Part shown: positions 41,241 through 50,977 of the stretch, piece after piece
How the letters are laid out: every line of letters begins with the position of its first letter
Position numbering within the stretch: the stretch's first letter is position 1
NCBI GenBank assembly: GCA_963758635.1
Contig: CAVWWD010000008.1
Span: forward strand, 480,001 to 544,000
Length of the DNA: 64,000 nt
Source: an uncultured Candidatus Rokubacteria bacterium
GTDB lineage: Bacteria; Methylomirabilota; Methylomirabilia; Rokubacteriales; CSP1-6
Direction of reading: 5' to 3'
Program-made: the position numbers and the translations under genes
Notes under the pieces: model-generated
Databases searched by the model: none
What the model was told of the DNA's origin: nothing
What the model saw: only the letters and a program-made list of their open reading frames with translations

Positions 41241-41357
41241 CGTGGACCGCCGTCGACCGACGCCGATCATGCTCGTCCGCTCGGCCGACTCGCGGAGCGG
41301 ACGACACGCACACCTTCACTCGCCCCCGTCCCACGTGGCGGGCACAAGGAGACTGAC

Positions 41358-42260
41358 ATGACTCGATGGATCGCCTTGGCTGTCGTCGGCCTCGTCGTGG
41401 GCCTCGCGCACCCCGCGGGCGCGCAGGAGGGCACGCTCAAGAAGATCAAGGACGCGGGCTCGATCACCATCGGGCACCGCGACGCCTCGATCCCGTTCTC
41501 CTACTACGACGACAAGCAGCAGCCCGTCGGCTACGCCCTCGATCTCTGCCTGCGCATCGTGGACGCGGTCAAGGGCGAGCTCAAGATGTCGAAGCTGGAC
41601 GTGAAGTACCAGCTCGTCACCTCCGCCAACCGCATCCCGCTGATGGCCAACGGCACCATCGACCTGGAGTGCGGCTCCACCACGAACAACCTCGAGCGCC
41701 AGAAGCAGGTGTCGTTCACGATCACGCACTTCGTGACGGCCAACCGCTGGGTGGCGAAGAAGGCCGCCAACCTGATGAAGCTCCAGGACCTGAAGGGCAA
41801 GACCGTCGTGTCCACCGCGGGCACGACCAACATCAAGGGCATCACGGAGATCAACGCCGCCCAGAACCTGGGCCTGAACATCATCTCGGCGAACGGGCAT
41901 CCCGAGGCGTTCCAGATGGTGGAGACCGGCCGCGCCGCCGCGTTCGTCATGGACGACATCCTGCTCTACAGCCTGTCCGCGCAGGCCCGCAACCCCGCCG
42001 ACTACGCGATCTCCGCCGAGGCCACGTCGGTGGAGCCCTACGGGATCATGCTCCGGACGGGTGACGCCGCCTTCAAGAAGGTGGTCGATGCCGCCATGAC
42101 CGGCGTCTACAAGTCCGGGCAGATCAACGCGATCTACGAGAAGTGGTTCCTCAAGCCCATCCCGCCCAAGGGCCTGAACCTGAACATCCCCATGGGCGAC
42201 CAGCTCAAGAAGGTGGTGGCCAACCCGACCGACTCGGGTGACCCGGCGGCGTACAAGTAG
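41358..42260 (+). CDS. gltI: Glutamate/aspartate ABC transporter substrate-binding protein
   Basis: GHRDASIPFSY, NRIPLMANGTIDLECGSTTN, FVMDDILL. Confidence 0.9.
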   Translation: MTRWIALAVVGLVVGLAHPAGAQEGTLKKIKDAGSITIGHRDASIPFSYYDDKQQPVGYALDLCLRIVDAVKGELKMSKLDVKYQLVTSANRIPLMANGTIDLECGSTTNNLERQKQVSFTITHFVTANRWVAKKAANLMKLQDLKGKTVVSTAGTTNIKGITEINAAQNLGLNIISANGHPEAFQMVETGRAAAFVMDDILLYSLSAQARNPADYAISAEATSVEPYGIMLRTGDAAFKKVVDAAMTGVYKSGQINAIYEKWFLKPIPPKGLNLNIPMGDQLKKVVANPTDSGDPAAYK

Positions 42261-42305
42261 GCGGGGCGCGGGCGTCGCGGTTTGAAACGCCGAAGGTGTC
42301 GACTT

Positions 42306-42433
42306 TCTCCCTCTCCCTTCGAGGGAGAAGGCCGGGGTGAGGGTCGGTGGTGCGACCTCGCGGGCAGACGTTCCACGTGCTGTCCGACCGCCCCTCACCC
42401 TGCCCTCTCCCCAGAGGGGAGAGGGAGTGACGC
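42306..42433. repeat. REP-like doublet
   Basis: Two opposed CCCTCTCCC/GGGAGA(A/G)GG hairpins; the spacer resembles that of 54870-54983. Confidence 0.8.
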
Positions 42434-42450
42434 CGCCGCGCGGGTAGCGC

Positions 42451-43209
42451 GTGAACTACAACTGGCACTGGCGGGTGCTCCTCGAGATGGAGCCGGGCGG
42501 CACCGGCACCTATCTCCACTACCTTCTGGTCGGTCTCCTCTGGACGCTCGCCACCGCGCTCGCCGCGTGGGTCATCGCCCTCCTCGTGGGGGCGATCGTG
42601 GGCACGCTCCGTACCACCCCGGTGCCCTGGGTGGTGCGGCTCGGCAACGCCTACGTGGAGATCTTCCGCAACGTCCCGCTCATCGTGCAGATGTTCCTGT
42701 GGTTCTTCGTGGTCCCCGAGCTCCTGCCCCAGGCGCTCGGGGACCGGATCAAGCAGTTGCCGCCGCCGTGGGGCTCGTACGTCCCCGCCGTGCTCTGCCT
42801 GGCCATCTTCACGTCGGTGCGCGTCGCCGAGCAGGTGCGCGCCGGCATCATGTCCCTGCCGCGCGGCCAGGGCATGGCCGCCACCGCGATGGGGCTCACC
42901 CGGGGGCAGGCGTACCGCCACGTGATCCTGCCGCAGTGCTTCCGGATCATCCTGCCGCCACTCACGTCCGAGTTCATGAACGTGATCAAGAACTCCTCGG
43001 TGGCGCTGACGATCGGCCTCCTGGAGCTCACCGGCCGCGCGCGCGCCATGCAGGAGTTCAGCTTCCGCGTGTTCGAGGCCTTCGCGGCGGCCACGGTGAT
43101 CTACCTCCTCACGAACCTGGTCATCGTGACGCTGATGCGGGCCCTCGAGAGGAAGGTGCGCGTGCCCGGCCTCATCGCGGCGGGCGGCGCGCCCCAGGCC
43201 GGGCACTGA
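42451..43209 (+). CDS. gltJ: Amino acid ABC transporter permease
   Basis: MNYNWHW start; [17 protein letters not shown]. Confidence 0.88.
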   Translation: MNYNWHWRVLLEMEPGGTGTYLHYLLVGLLWTLATALAAWVIALLVGAIVGTLRTTPVPWVVRLGNAYVEIFRNVPLIVQMFLWFFVVPELLPQALGDRIKQLPPPWGSYVPAVLCLAIFTSVRVAEQVRAGIMSLPRGQGMAATAMGLTRGQAYRHVILPQCFRIILPPLTSEFMNVIKNSSVALTIGLLELTGRARAMQEFSFRVFEAFAAATVIYLLTNLVIVTLMRALERKVRVPGLIAAGGAPQAGH

Positions 43210-43215
43210 GGGGCG

Positions 43216-43905
43216 ATGACCGGGTTCGACTTCAACGTCATCCGCCGCTCGCTGCTGTACCTGTTCCGGGACGGCATGACGTTCACGATCACCCTCACCC
43301 TGCTCGCGATGACCGGCGGCATCGTGTTCGGCACGGTGCTCGCCATGATGCGGCTCGCGCGGGCCAGGGCGGTGTCGGCGCTCGCCGGCGGCTACGTGAA
43401 CCTCATGCGCTCGGTCCCGCTGGTGCTGGTGATCTTCTGGTTCTTCTTCCTCGTCCCGTACATCGGCGCGTGGATCGTGCGGTCGCCCACTCCGATCAAG
43501 GTGGGCGCGTTCTCGTCCGCGCTCATCACGTTCACCATGTTCGAGGCCGCGTACTACTGCGAGATCATGCGCGCGGGCATCCAGTCCATCCCGCGCGGCC
43601 AGCTCTGGTCCGGCTACGCGCTGGGCCTCAACTACTGGCAGGCCATGCGCTTCGTGGTGCTCCCCCAGGCGTTCCGGAACATGCTGCCGGTGCTCCTCAC
43701 CCAGACCATCATCCTGTTCCAGGACACGTCGCTCGTGTACGTGATCTCGGCCACCGACTTCCTGGGCGCCGCCGCGAAGATCGCCAACCGCGACTACCGC
43801 CTCGTCGAGATGTACACGTTCGCCGCGGTCGTCTACTTCGTCATCTCCTACGGCCTGTCGGCGCTGGTCAAGCGGCTGCAGGCGAGGCTGGTGGTCATCA
43901 GATGA
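43216..43905 (+). CDS. gltK: Amino acid ABC transporter permease
   Basis: [27 protein letters not shown]. Confidence 0.88.
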   Translation: MTGFDFNVIRRSLLYLFRDGMTFTITLTLLAMTGGIVFGTVLAMMRLARARAVSALAGGYVNLMRSVPLVLVIFWFFFLVPYIGAWIVRSPTPIKVGAFSSALITFTMFEAAYYCEIMRAGIQSIPRGQLWSGYALGLNYWQAMRFVVLPQAFRNMLPVLLTQTIILFQDTSLVYVISATDFLGAAAKIANRDYRLVEMYTFAAVVYFVISYGLSALVKRLQARLVVIR

Positions 43906-44639
43906 CAGCCATGATCCGGATGGACCGCGTCAGCAAGTGGTACGGCGCCTTCCAGGTGCTCGCCGACTGCACCACCGACATCGAGAAGGGCGAGGTGGTG
44001 GTGGTCTGCGGGCCGTCGGGGAGCGGGAAGTCGACCCTCATCAAGTGCGTGAACGGGCTCGAGCCCTTCCAGAAGGGCGAGGTCCTGGTCGACGGCGTGT
44101 CCGTCGGCGATGCCCGGACGGACCTCCCGAAGCTCCGCGCCCGCATCGGCATGGTCTTCCAGAACTTCGAGCTGTTCCCGCACATGTCGGTCACCCAGAA
44201 CCTGGCCCTCGCCCAGGTCAAGGTGCTCGGCCGCACCCATGATGCCGCGCGCGACAAGGGCCTGAAGCTCCTCGACCGTGTCGGCCTCCTCGCGCACCAG
44301 GACAAGTACCCGGGCCAGCTCTCGGGCGGCCAGCAGCAGCGGGTGGCGATCGCCCGGGCCCTCAGCATGGACCCCATCGCGATGCTGTTCGACGAGCCCA
44401 CGTCCGCGCTCGATCCCGAGATGATCAACGAGGTGCTGGACGTGATGGTGGAGCTGGCCCGCGAGGGGATGACCATGATGGTGGTGACCCACGAGATGGG
44501 CTTCGCGCGCAAGGTGGCCCACCGGGTGATCTTCATGGACGGCGGCCGGATCGTCGAGGACGCGAGGACGGAAGAGTTCTTCGGCACGCCCCGGTCGGAG
44601 CGCGCCCAGCAGTTCCTCTCGAAGATCCTCCAGCACTGA
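43902..44639 (+). CDS. gltL: Amino acid ABC transporter ATP-binding protein
   Basis: [27 protein letters not shown]. Confidence 0.92.
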   Translation: MTAMIRMDRVSKWYGAFQVLADCTTDIEKGEVVVVCGPSGSGKSTLIKCVNGLEPFQKGEVLVDGVSVGDARTDLPKLRARIGMVFQNFELFPHMSVTQNLALAQVKVLGRTHDAARDKGLKLLDRVGLLAHQDKYPGQLSGGQQQRVAIARALSMDPIAMLFDEPTSALDPEMINEVLDVMVELAREGMTMMVVTHEMGFARKVAHRVIFMDGGRIVEDARTEEFFGTPRSERAQQFLSKILQH

Positions 44640-44717
44640 TGACCCGCGCAGAATACGGTAACCGCCACGGGCCTCTACAGTCCCACCGCTCGGCATGAGT
44701 CTGATGCGCGGGGCTCA
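44640..44717 (-). mobile_element. 78-bp MITE-like element, copy B
   Basis: TGACCCGCGCAG...TGCGCGGGGCTCA inverted ends; begins at the base after the gltL stop codon. Confidence 0.75.
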
Positions 44718-44738
44718 CTAACGGGCCGCGGGACGGCC

Positions 44739-45578
44739 GTGCCCGAGACGATCCTGCCCGACGGGGTGCGCCTGCACTGGCGCGAGGCCGGCGATCCCGC
44801 GGGGCCGCCCGTGGTGTGGATCCACGGCGGCTCCATCGAGGACTCGTCGATGATGGTCCCCGACCTGGAGCCGTTCTTCGACCGGATCCGGGCGCTCTTC
44901 CCCGACACGCGCGGTCACGGGCTCTCCCAGAAGTTCGAGCGGGTCGAGGACTACCGCTACCCGGCCAAGGCCCAGGACGTGCTCGCGTGGCTGGACGGGC
45001 TGGGCATCCGCGCGCCGGTGTGGGGCGGCGCGTCCATGGGCGCCGCGCTCTCGCTCTGGGTGGCCGCGCGCCATCCGGACCGCGCGCGCGCCGTCGTGTC
45101 GATCAGCGGGCCGCCGTTCGCGCCCATCGAGAAGGACAAGCAATGGTGGGCGGCGCACCGGCACCTGGTGGCGGCCGGGCGCTTCGACGAGTACTTCGAC
45201 GCCAACGTCCGGCTGCGGATGGGCGACGCCGCCCTCGCGCGGCTGCGCGAGCGGCCGGAGCGCTACGCGGGGATCACCGGGCGCCTGCGCGACCACTCGG
45301 TGCCCTCGCTCCTCGCGCTCCTCGACGAGACGTACTCGCGCCACGAGTGGCTCGACGAGTGCGCGGCCATCCGCTGCCCGGTGCTGGTCATCGCCGGCTC
45401 CGAGGACGAGTTCCCGACCCTCGAGATGTCCCGGCGCGTGGCCGGGACCATCCCCGGCGCGCGGCTGCACGCCGTGGCGGGCGGGCCGCATTTCCCGAAC
45501 CGCACGCATCGCGCGGAGGTCCAGTCCGTCATCGAACGCTTCTGGATGGAGATCGGCGTGCTCTCCGCCCGCGCTTGA
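44739..45578 (+). CDS. Alpha/beta hydrolase
   Basis: WIHGG, DTRGHGLS, GASMG nucleophile elbow, GSED, C-terminal His. Confidence 0.9.
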   Translation: MPETILPDGVRLHWREAGDPAGPPVVWIHGGSIEDSSMMVPDLEPFFDRIRALFPDTRGHGLSQKFERVEDYRYPAKAQDVLAWLDGLGIRAPVWGGASMGAALSLWVAARHPDRARAVVSISGPPFAPIEKDKQWWAAHRHLVAAGRFDEYFDANVRLRMGDAALARLRERPERYAGITGRLRDHSVPSLLALLDETYSRHEWLDECAAIRCPVLVIAGSEDEFPTLEMSRRVAGTIPGARLHAVAGGPHFPNRTHRAEVQSVIERFWMEIGVLSARA

Positions 45579-45609
45579 CAAGCCTCGTCACCTTCTCGAT
45601 AGTCCGCGT

Positions 45610-46785
45610 ATGACGGCTTCGGAGTCGACGCCACCGAGTCGACCATCGTTCTTCAAGCCGCCGCCGTCACTCCCCGCCCCCCCGCCGCCCCCTCCGCCGG
45701 CGACCAGCGCCGTTGCCGGGCTCGCCCCGCCGCCCCCGGCGCCGTTCCGTCCGCTCCCGCCGCCGCCTCCGCCGCCCGCGCCGCCCACGGCGGGCGGACC
45801 CCCGGGCTGGGATCCTGCGATGGCCGCTCCGCGCCAGCGGCGCCGCCTCTTCTTCCACGGCACCGGCGGCACGCTGTTCGGCATCCACATCGTCAACGTG
45901 CTCTTCACCATCGTCACGCTCGGGGCCTACTACTTCTGGGCGAAGACGCGGGTGCGCGTGTACATGCTGAGCCAGGCCGAGTTCGAGGGGGATCGCTTCG
46001 CGTGGCACGGCACGGGCAAGGAGCTGCTGATCGGCTTCCTGAAGGCCATGATCGTCTTCTTCATCCCCGTGAGCGCGCTCAGCTTCATCCAGAACGTGCC
46101 CGAGGTGTCGGCGCCGCTCCAGCTCATGGCCGCCATCCTCGGGTACGCGCTCGTGGTGATCGTGCTCCCCCTCGCCATGGTCGGCTCGCGGCGCTACCGG
46201 CTCAGCCGGATCTCGTGGCGCGGCATCCGCTTCTCCTTCCGCGGCCCGGCCTGGGACTTCGTGAAGATCTTCATCGTGGGCTCGATCCTCACGTCGCTGA
46301 CCCTGGGGCTCTACTACCCGTTCTTCGACACCCGGCGCTACGCCTTCATGACCTCCCACGCCTGGTTCGGCAATCGCCGCTTCCGCTTCGATGGGCAAGG
46401 GCGGGAGCTGTTCCGGCCGTTCCTCCTCACCCTGCTCCTGGTCCTGCCCACCCTCGGCCTGGCCCTGTTCTGGTACTGGGCGCGCAGGCGGCGGTTCTTC
46501 TGGGACCACACGTCGGTGGACGAGGCGCGCTTCCGCTGCACCGTCGCGGGCGGCCGCCTGACCCTGCTGATGCTCGGCAACGTGGCGCTCCTCGTGTGCA
46601 CGCTGGGGCTCGCGTGGCCGTGGGTGAAGGTGCGGAACGCGCGCTTCACGTGCGCCAACCTGACGATCGACGGCCCGCTCGACCTCGACCAGATCCAGCA
46701 GGACGCCCAGGCCGCCTCCGCCACGGGGGAGGGGCTGGCCGGGCTGCTCGACTCCGGCTCCGGCTCCGGCTTCGACTTCGGATAG
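45610..46785 (+). CDS. DUF898/YjgN family membrane protein with Pro-rich N-terminus
   Basis: FHGTGGTLFGIHIVN...TLGAYYFWAK; FAWHGTGKEL. Confidence 0.88.
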   Translation: MTASESTPPSRPSFFKPPPSLPAPPPPPPPATSAVAGLAPPPPAPFRPLPPPPPPPAPPTAGGPPGWDPAMAAPRQRRRLFFHGTGGTLFGIHIVNVLFTIVTLGAYYFWAKTRVRVYMLSQAEFEGDRFAWHGTGKELLIGFLKAMIVFFIPVSALSFIQNVPEVSAPLQLMAAILGYALVVIVLPLAMVGSRRYRLSRISWRGIRFSFRGPAWDFVKIFIVGSILTSLTLGLYYPFFDTRRYAFMTSHAWFGNRRFRFDGQGRELFRPFLLTLLLVLPTLGLALFWYWARRRRFFWDHTSVDEARFRCTVAGGRLTLLMLGNVALLVCTLGLAWPWVKVRNARFTCANLTIDGPLDLDQIQQDAQAASATGEGLAGLLDSGSGSGFDFG

Positions 46786-46801
46786 CGCGGCGGGCGGGCG
46801 G

Positions 46802-47965
46802 ATGAGCGACGCGGTCCCGAGCCCCCCGCGCGGCGCCGGGCGCCCCGGCTCGCCCGGGATACGCACGGACTGGCAAGCCGACTACCTCGACGGACGCACC
46901 GCGAGCCGCCGGCCTGCCGCGGTCCGGCTCATGGCGACCGGGATGGAGGTCCATCCCGAGGGCGGCGTCCCCGCCTTCTGGCGTCATTCCGAGATCAGGC
47001 AGACCCAGGGCTTTTACGAGGGGGAGGAGGTGCGCTTCGAGCGCGGCCGCGGGCTGGCCGAGACGCTGGTCGTCCGCGATCCCGCCTTCCTCACGAGCCT
47101 CGCCGCGATCCGGGGCGGTGGCAGCGGCCTGCACGCGCCGCAGCGCCGGCGGCTCCGTCTCGGCCTCACGGTGGGCGCCGGCCTCGCCGCGCTCGGGATC
47201 ACGGCCGCGCTCTACGTGTGGGGCATCCCGCTCCTCGCCGCCGCCGTCGCCGCGCGCGTTCCCGTGGCGTGGGAGGAGCGGCTGGGCGCGGCGGTGGCGG
47301 AGCAGGTCGCGCCGGCCGCCAAGCGCTGCGACGAGGGCGGCCGCCAGCGGCGGATCGACGAGATCGTGACCCGCCTCGCCGGGGCCCTCGCGCCGCCGAG
47401 CCCGTACCGGCTCCGCGTCTTCGTCGTGCAGGGAAAGACGGTGAACGCCCTGGCCGCGCCCGGCGGCTACATGGTGGTGTTCAAGGGGCTGCTCGACCAG
47501 GCGGAGAGCCCGGAGGAACTGGCCGGGGTGCTCGCCCACGAGCTGCAACACATCCAGCACCGGCACGCCACGAAGATGCTGGTGCAGCACGCCTCCACCG
47601 GCCTGCTCTTGATGGCCCTGACCGGTGACGTGACCGGCGTGATGGCGTACGGGCTCGAGAGCGCGCGCGTGCTCGGGCAGCTCCAGTACAGCCGCCTCGC
47701 CGAGCAGGAGGCCGATCGCGAGGGCATGCGCCTGCTCCTGGCCGCGCGGGTGGATCCGGCGGGGATGCTCGCGTTCTTCGAGAAGCTCGAGGGAAAGGAG
47801 CGGGGGCCGGCCCTCCTCACGTACCTGTCCTCCCACCCGAGCTTCGAGGACCGGATCGCGCGGCTCAAGGCGCTGGCCGCCGGCGCGCCCGCGCCGGCGA
47901 AGCTCCTGCCGGACTATGACTGGCGAGACATCCGGAGCATCTGCCCCGCCCGCGACGAGCGCTGA
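46802..47965 (+). CDS. M48 family metallopeptidase
   Basis: VNALAAPGG, LAHELQH (HExxH), EQEADR, LSSHP; usual partner of DUF898. Confidence 0.9.
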   Translation: MSDAVPSPPRGAGRPGSPGIRTDWQADYLDGRTASRRPAAVRLMATGMEVHPEGGVPAFWRHSEIRQTQGFYEGEEVRFERGRGLAETLVVRDPAFLTSLAAIRGGGSGLHAPQRRRLRLGLTVGAGLAALGITAALYVWGIPLLAAAVAARVPVAWEERLGAAVAEQVAPAAKRCDEGGRQRRIDEIVTRLAGALAPPSPYRLRVFVVQGKTVNALAAPGGYMVVFKGLLDQAESPEELAGVLAHELQHIQHRHATKMLVQHASTGLLLMALTGDVTGVMAYGLESARVLGQLQYSRLAEQEADREGMRLLLAARVDPAGMLAFFEKLEGKERGPALLTYLSSHPSFEDRIARLKALAAGAPAPAKLLPDYDWRDIRSICPARDER

Positions 47966-48400
47966 GCCGGAGCCCCGGCGCGCCACGCCGCGGTTCAAGG
48001 GCACGCTCCGCGGCGCGGTGATCGGCCTGGTCGCGGCCGTGCTCGCCGCCGCGGCGGCGCACCTGCCGCTGATCGACACGTGGGAACGCCCCACGCTCGA
48101 CCTGCGGGTCCGTGCCTTCGCGCGCCCGGAGCGGGCCGACCCCGCCATCGTCGCCGTGGTTATCGACCAGAAGTCGCTCGACGCCATCACCGCGCCGCGG
48201 GAGCAGGGCGGCCTCGAGCAGGGATGGCTGTGGCCGCGCGACTTCCACGCCGCCGTGCTCCGCTACCTCCTCGACGCGGGCGCGCGCGCGGTGGCGTTCA
48301 ACCTGGTCATAAGCGAAACGAGCATCTACACGCGGCTCGGGATCGTCGACGACGACGAGGACCTGGCGCGGGCGGGGGGCGGGCCGGCCCGTCATCCACG
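47916..48400 (+). pseudogene. Truncated CHASE2-domain gene
   Basis: TLDLRVR...IVAVVIDQKSL...WLWPRDFHA...GARAVAFN; similarity lost after about 48380. Confidence 0.65.
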
Positions 48401-48708
48401 CCGCGTCGTTCACTCCCGAGCGGCTCACCGAGCAGGCTCAGCTTCTCCAGGGGCAGCGGCCGGGCGGCCGGCGGAACCCCAGCGGTTCACGCAGGCGATG
48501 GCCGCGGGCCAGCCTCGTCCCGCCGGCCCCACCCGGCGCCGGGGCCCGGACGCCCGGGGCCTCCCACTCGCTGAAGGGCGGGTCGCTCGAGCGTCCCTGG
48601 AGGTCACCCGCCGGCCGGCCATCGGTCGGGTCCCCTCGGCCTCCGGATCCCTCCGTAGGACCTAAAGTCCTCTAGCGAGGGCCTGTGCCGGGTGCCAGAG
48701 TGCCGGCC

Positions 48709-50212
48709 ATGAAGACGACCCCCATCGCCGCGCTCCTGATCGGCATGGTGCTGGCCCTGGCGTCACCTGCGGCCGGAGAACCCCGCGAAGGGGCCCCGCC
48801 CCCCGCCGCCGGCGACCCGTCGGCCAAGGCCAGGCAGCTCAGGATCGCCAACCGCGCCTGGACCGGCGATTTCGACCGCATGCTGGAGCGGCGGGTGATC
48901 CGCGTGAGCGCGCCGTACAGCCGGTCGCTCTACTTCAGCGACAAGGGCCGCGAGCGCGGCCTCGCCGTCGAGCTGGTGCGGGACTTCGAGCGCTACCTGA
49001 ACGTGAAGTACAAGACCCAGCTCGGCAAGCGGCCGCTCACCGTCTACATCGGGCCGGCCACGCGGGACCGGCTGCTGCCCGACGTGGAAGGCGGGCTCTC
49101 GGACATCGCCATCGGGAACCTCACCGTGACCGATGAGCGGCTCAAGCGCGTGGACTTCGTGCCCGGGGACGAGGGGCGGCGAACCATCAACGAGGTCGTC
49201 GTCACCGGACCGACGAGCCCGCCCGCTCCTCTCGGTGGAAGACCTGTCCGGCAAACGGGTCCACGTCAGGAAGGCCGCGAGCTACTACGAGAGTCTCCAG
49301 ACCCTCAACGAGCGCCTCAAGCGGGAGGACAAGCCCCCCGTCGAGCTGGTCCTGGTGTCCGACGCCCTCGAGGACGAGGACATGATGGACATGCTCGACG
49401 CCGGGCTCTTCCAGCTCATCGTCGCCGACGACTGGAAGGCGCGGATGTGGGCGCAGGTGCTCCCGAAGCTCAAGGTGCGCAACGACCTGGTCCTGCGCAA
49501 GGACGCCCGCACGGGCTGGGCGGTCCGCAAGGAGAGCCCGAAGCTCGTGGCCGAGATCGACGACTTCTTCCGCAACTGGGCGATCAAGCAGGGCGTGGCC
49601 GACTACCGGATGAACGTCTACATGAAGCGCGTGAAGGAGCTCCGCGACCCGTCGGGGAGCGTGGAGTACCGGCGGTTCAAGGAGACCCTGGCGCTGTTCG
49701 AGAAGTACGGCGGCAAGTACGGCTTCGACCCGTTCATGCTCGCCGCCCAGGGGTATCAGGAGTCGCAGCTGAACCAGGGCGCGCGGAGCCACGTGGGGGC
49801 GATCGGCATCATGCAGATCATGCCCGCCACCGGCGCGGAGATGAAGGTCGGGAGCATCACGGTGGCCGAGCCCAACGTCCACGCGGGCGTGAAGTACATG
49901 GACCACCTGATGGACCGCTACTTCGCCGGGGCGCACTTCAGCGAGGGCAACCGGCCGCTCTTCGCGTTCGCCAGCTACAACGCCGGCCCCGGGAACATCG
50001 CGAAGGCGCGGCGCGAGGCCGAGCGGCGCGGCCTGGACCCGAACCGCTGGTTCAACAACGTGGAGGTCGTGGTGGCGGAGAAGATCGGCACCGAGACCAC
50101 CACCTACGTGCGGAACATCTACAAGTACTACGTCGCCTACAAGCTGATGCTCGACGCCGAGGAGACGGCCAGGAAGGCGCGGGAGCAGGCGGGCGCGCCC
50201 GCCTCGAGGTGA
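48709..50212 (+). CDS. mltF: MltF-like lytic transglycosylase (SBP + SLT domains; frameshift near 49220)
   Basis: WTGDFDRMLERRVIRV; AQGYQESQL, GIMQIMP, ASYNAGPG, ETTTYVRNI. Confidence 0.85.
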
Positions 50213-50231
50213 CCGGCGCGAGAGCGGCCCG

Positions 50232-50507
50232 CTACGGCTCGCGGGCCGCTTCGCGGAGGGCGGTCAGGACGGCATCGGCTTCGACGCGCTCTCGACCCAC
50301 GCGGGCCAGCGCGTCACGGACGAGACCTCGGTCGCCCGCCGCCCAGGCCAGGCCGAGCCCGACGTGGAGCTCCTCGCCGGACAGGAGCCCGGCCTCGCCC
50401 GCCCGTAGCCGCTCCAGGGCCCGGGGGCCGACGAAGGCCCGCTTCAGCGACAGGCACAGGTCGCGCGCGTCGGAGACGGCCCGGATCGCTCGCCCGGCGT
50501 CCCTCAC
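50232..50507 (-). CDS. Small hypothetical protein coupled to the nucleotidyltransferase
   Basis: GTG start overlaps the upstream stop (GTGA); helical, SDARDLCLSLKRA. Confidence 0.45.
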   Translation of the reverse strand: MRDAGRAIRAVSDARDLCLSLKRAFVGPRALERLRAGEAGLLSGEELHVGLGLAWAAGDRGLVRDALARVGRERVEADAVLTALREAAREP

Positions 50508-50962
50508 GGCTCCTCCAGGGCGGCGATGTCCGCCTGGTCCTGCGCGGAGTTCCGAAGGCGTTTGAGCGCGATGAGCCCGGCACGTGAGACCACGGGCATC
50601 GAGTGTCCCTCCCACGCCACGGTTTCCCGATCCGCCCAGGCCGCCGCCGCATCGCCGCCCGCCTCGATCACGTCGAGCATCAGGACATCGGGATCATCCG
50701 GAACGATCCTGCTCAGCCGATGCATCACGATCCGGCCGCCGGACAGGCGTGCCGGCGCTTTCTCGCGGGAGACGAAGCCGATCGGGCGGACGGCCTCGAC
50801 GAGGCGCGCGATGGATTCCGGCGGCGCGAGGAGGTCGATGTCGATCGTGGCCCGGGGTCGCGCGTGGATCGACATGGCCAGGCCTCCGCACACGGCGAAC
50901 GGAACACCGGCGCGCTCGAGGGCGTCCACCACGGCGCGGAAGCTCTCGAGCAGGCTGGCCAT
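50504..50962 (-). CDS. Nucleotidyltransferase (AbiEii/DUF6036-like)
   Basis: CGGLAM...PRATIDIDLL, LIALKR...QDQADI. Confidence 0.8.
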   Translation of the reverse strand: MASLLESFRAVVDALERAGVPFAVCGGLAMSIHARPRATIDIDLLAPPESIARLVEAVRPIGFVSREKAPARLSGGRIVMHRLSRIVPDDPDVLMLDVIEAGGDAAAAWADRETVAWEGHSMPVVSRAGLIALKRLRNSAQDQADIAALEEP

Positions 50963-50977
50963 CGTCGCCGGCCGCGC

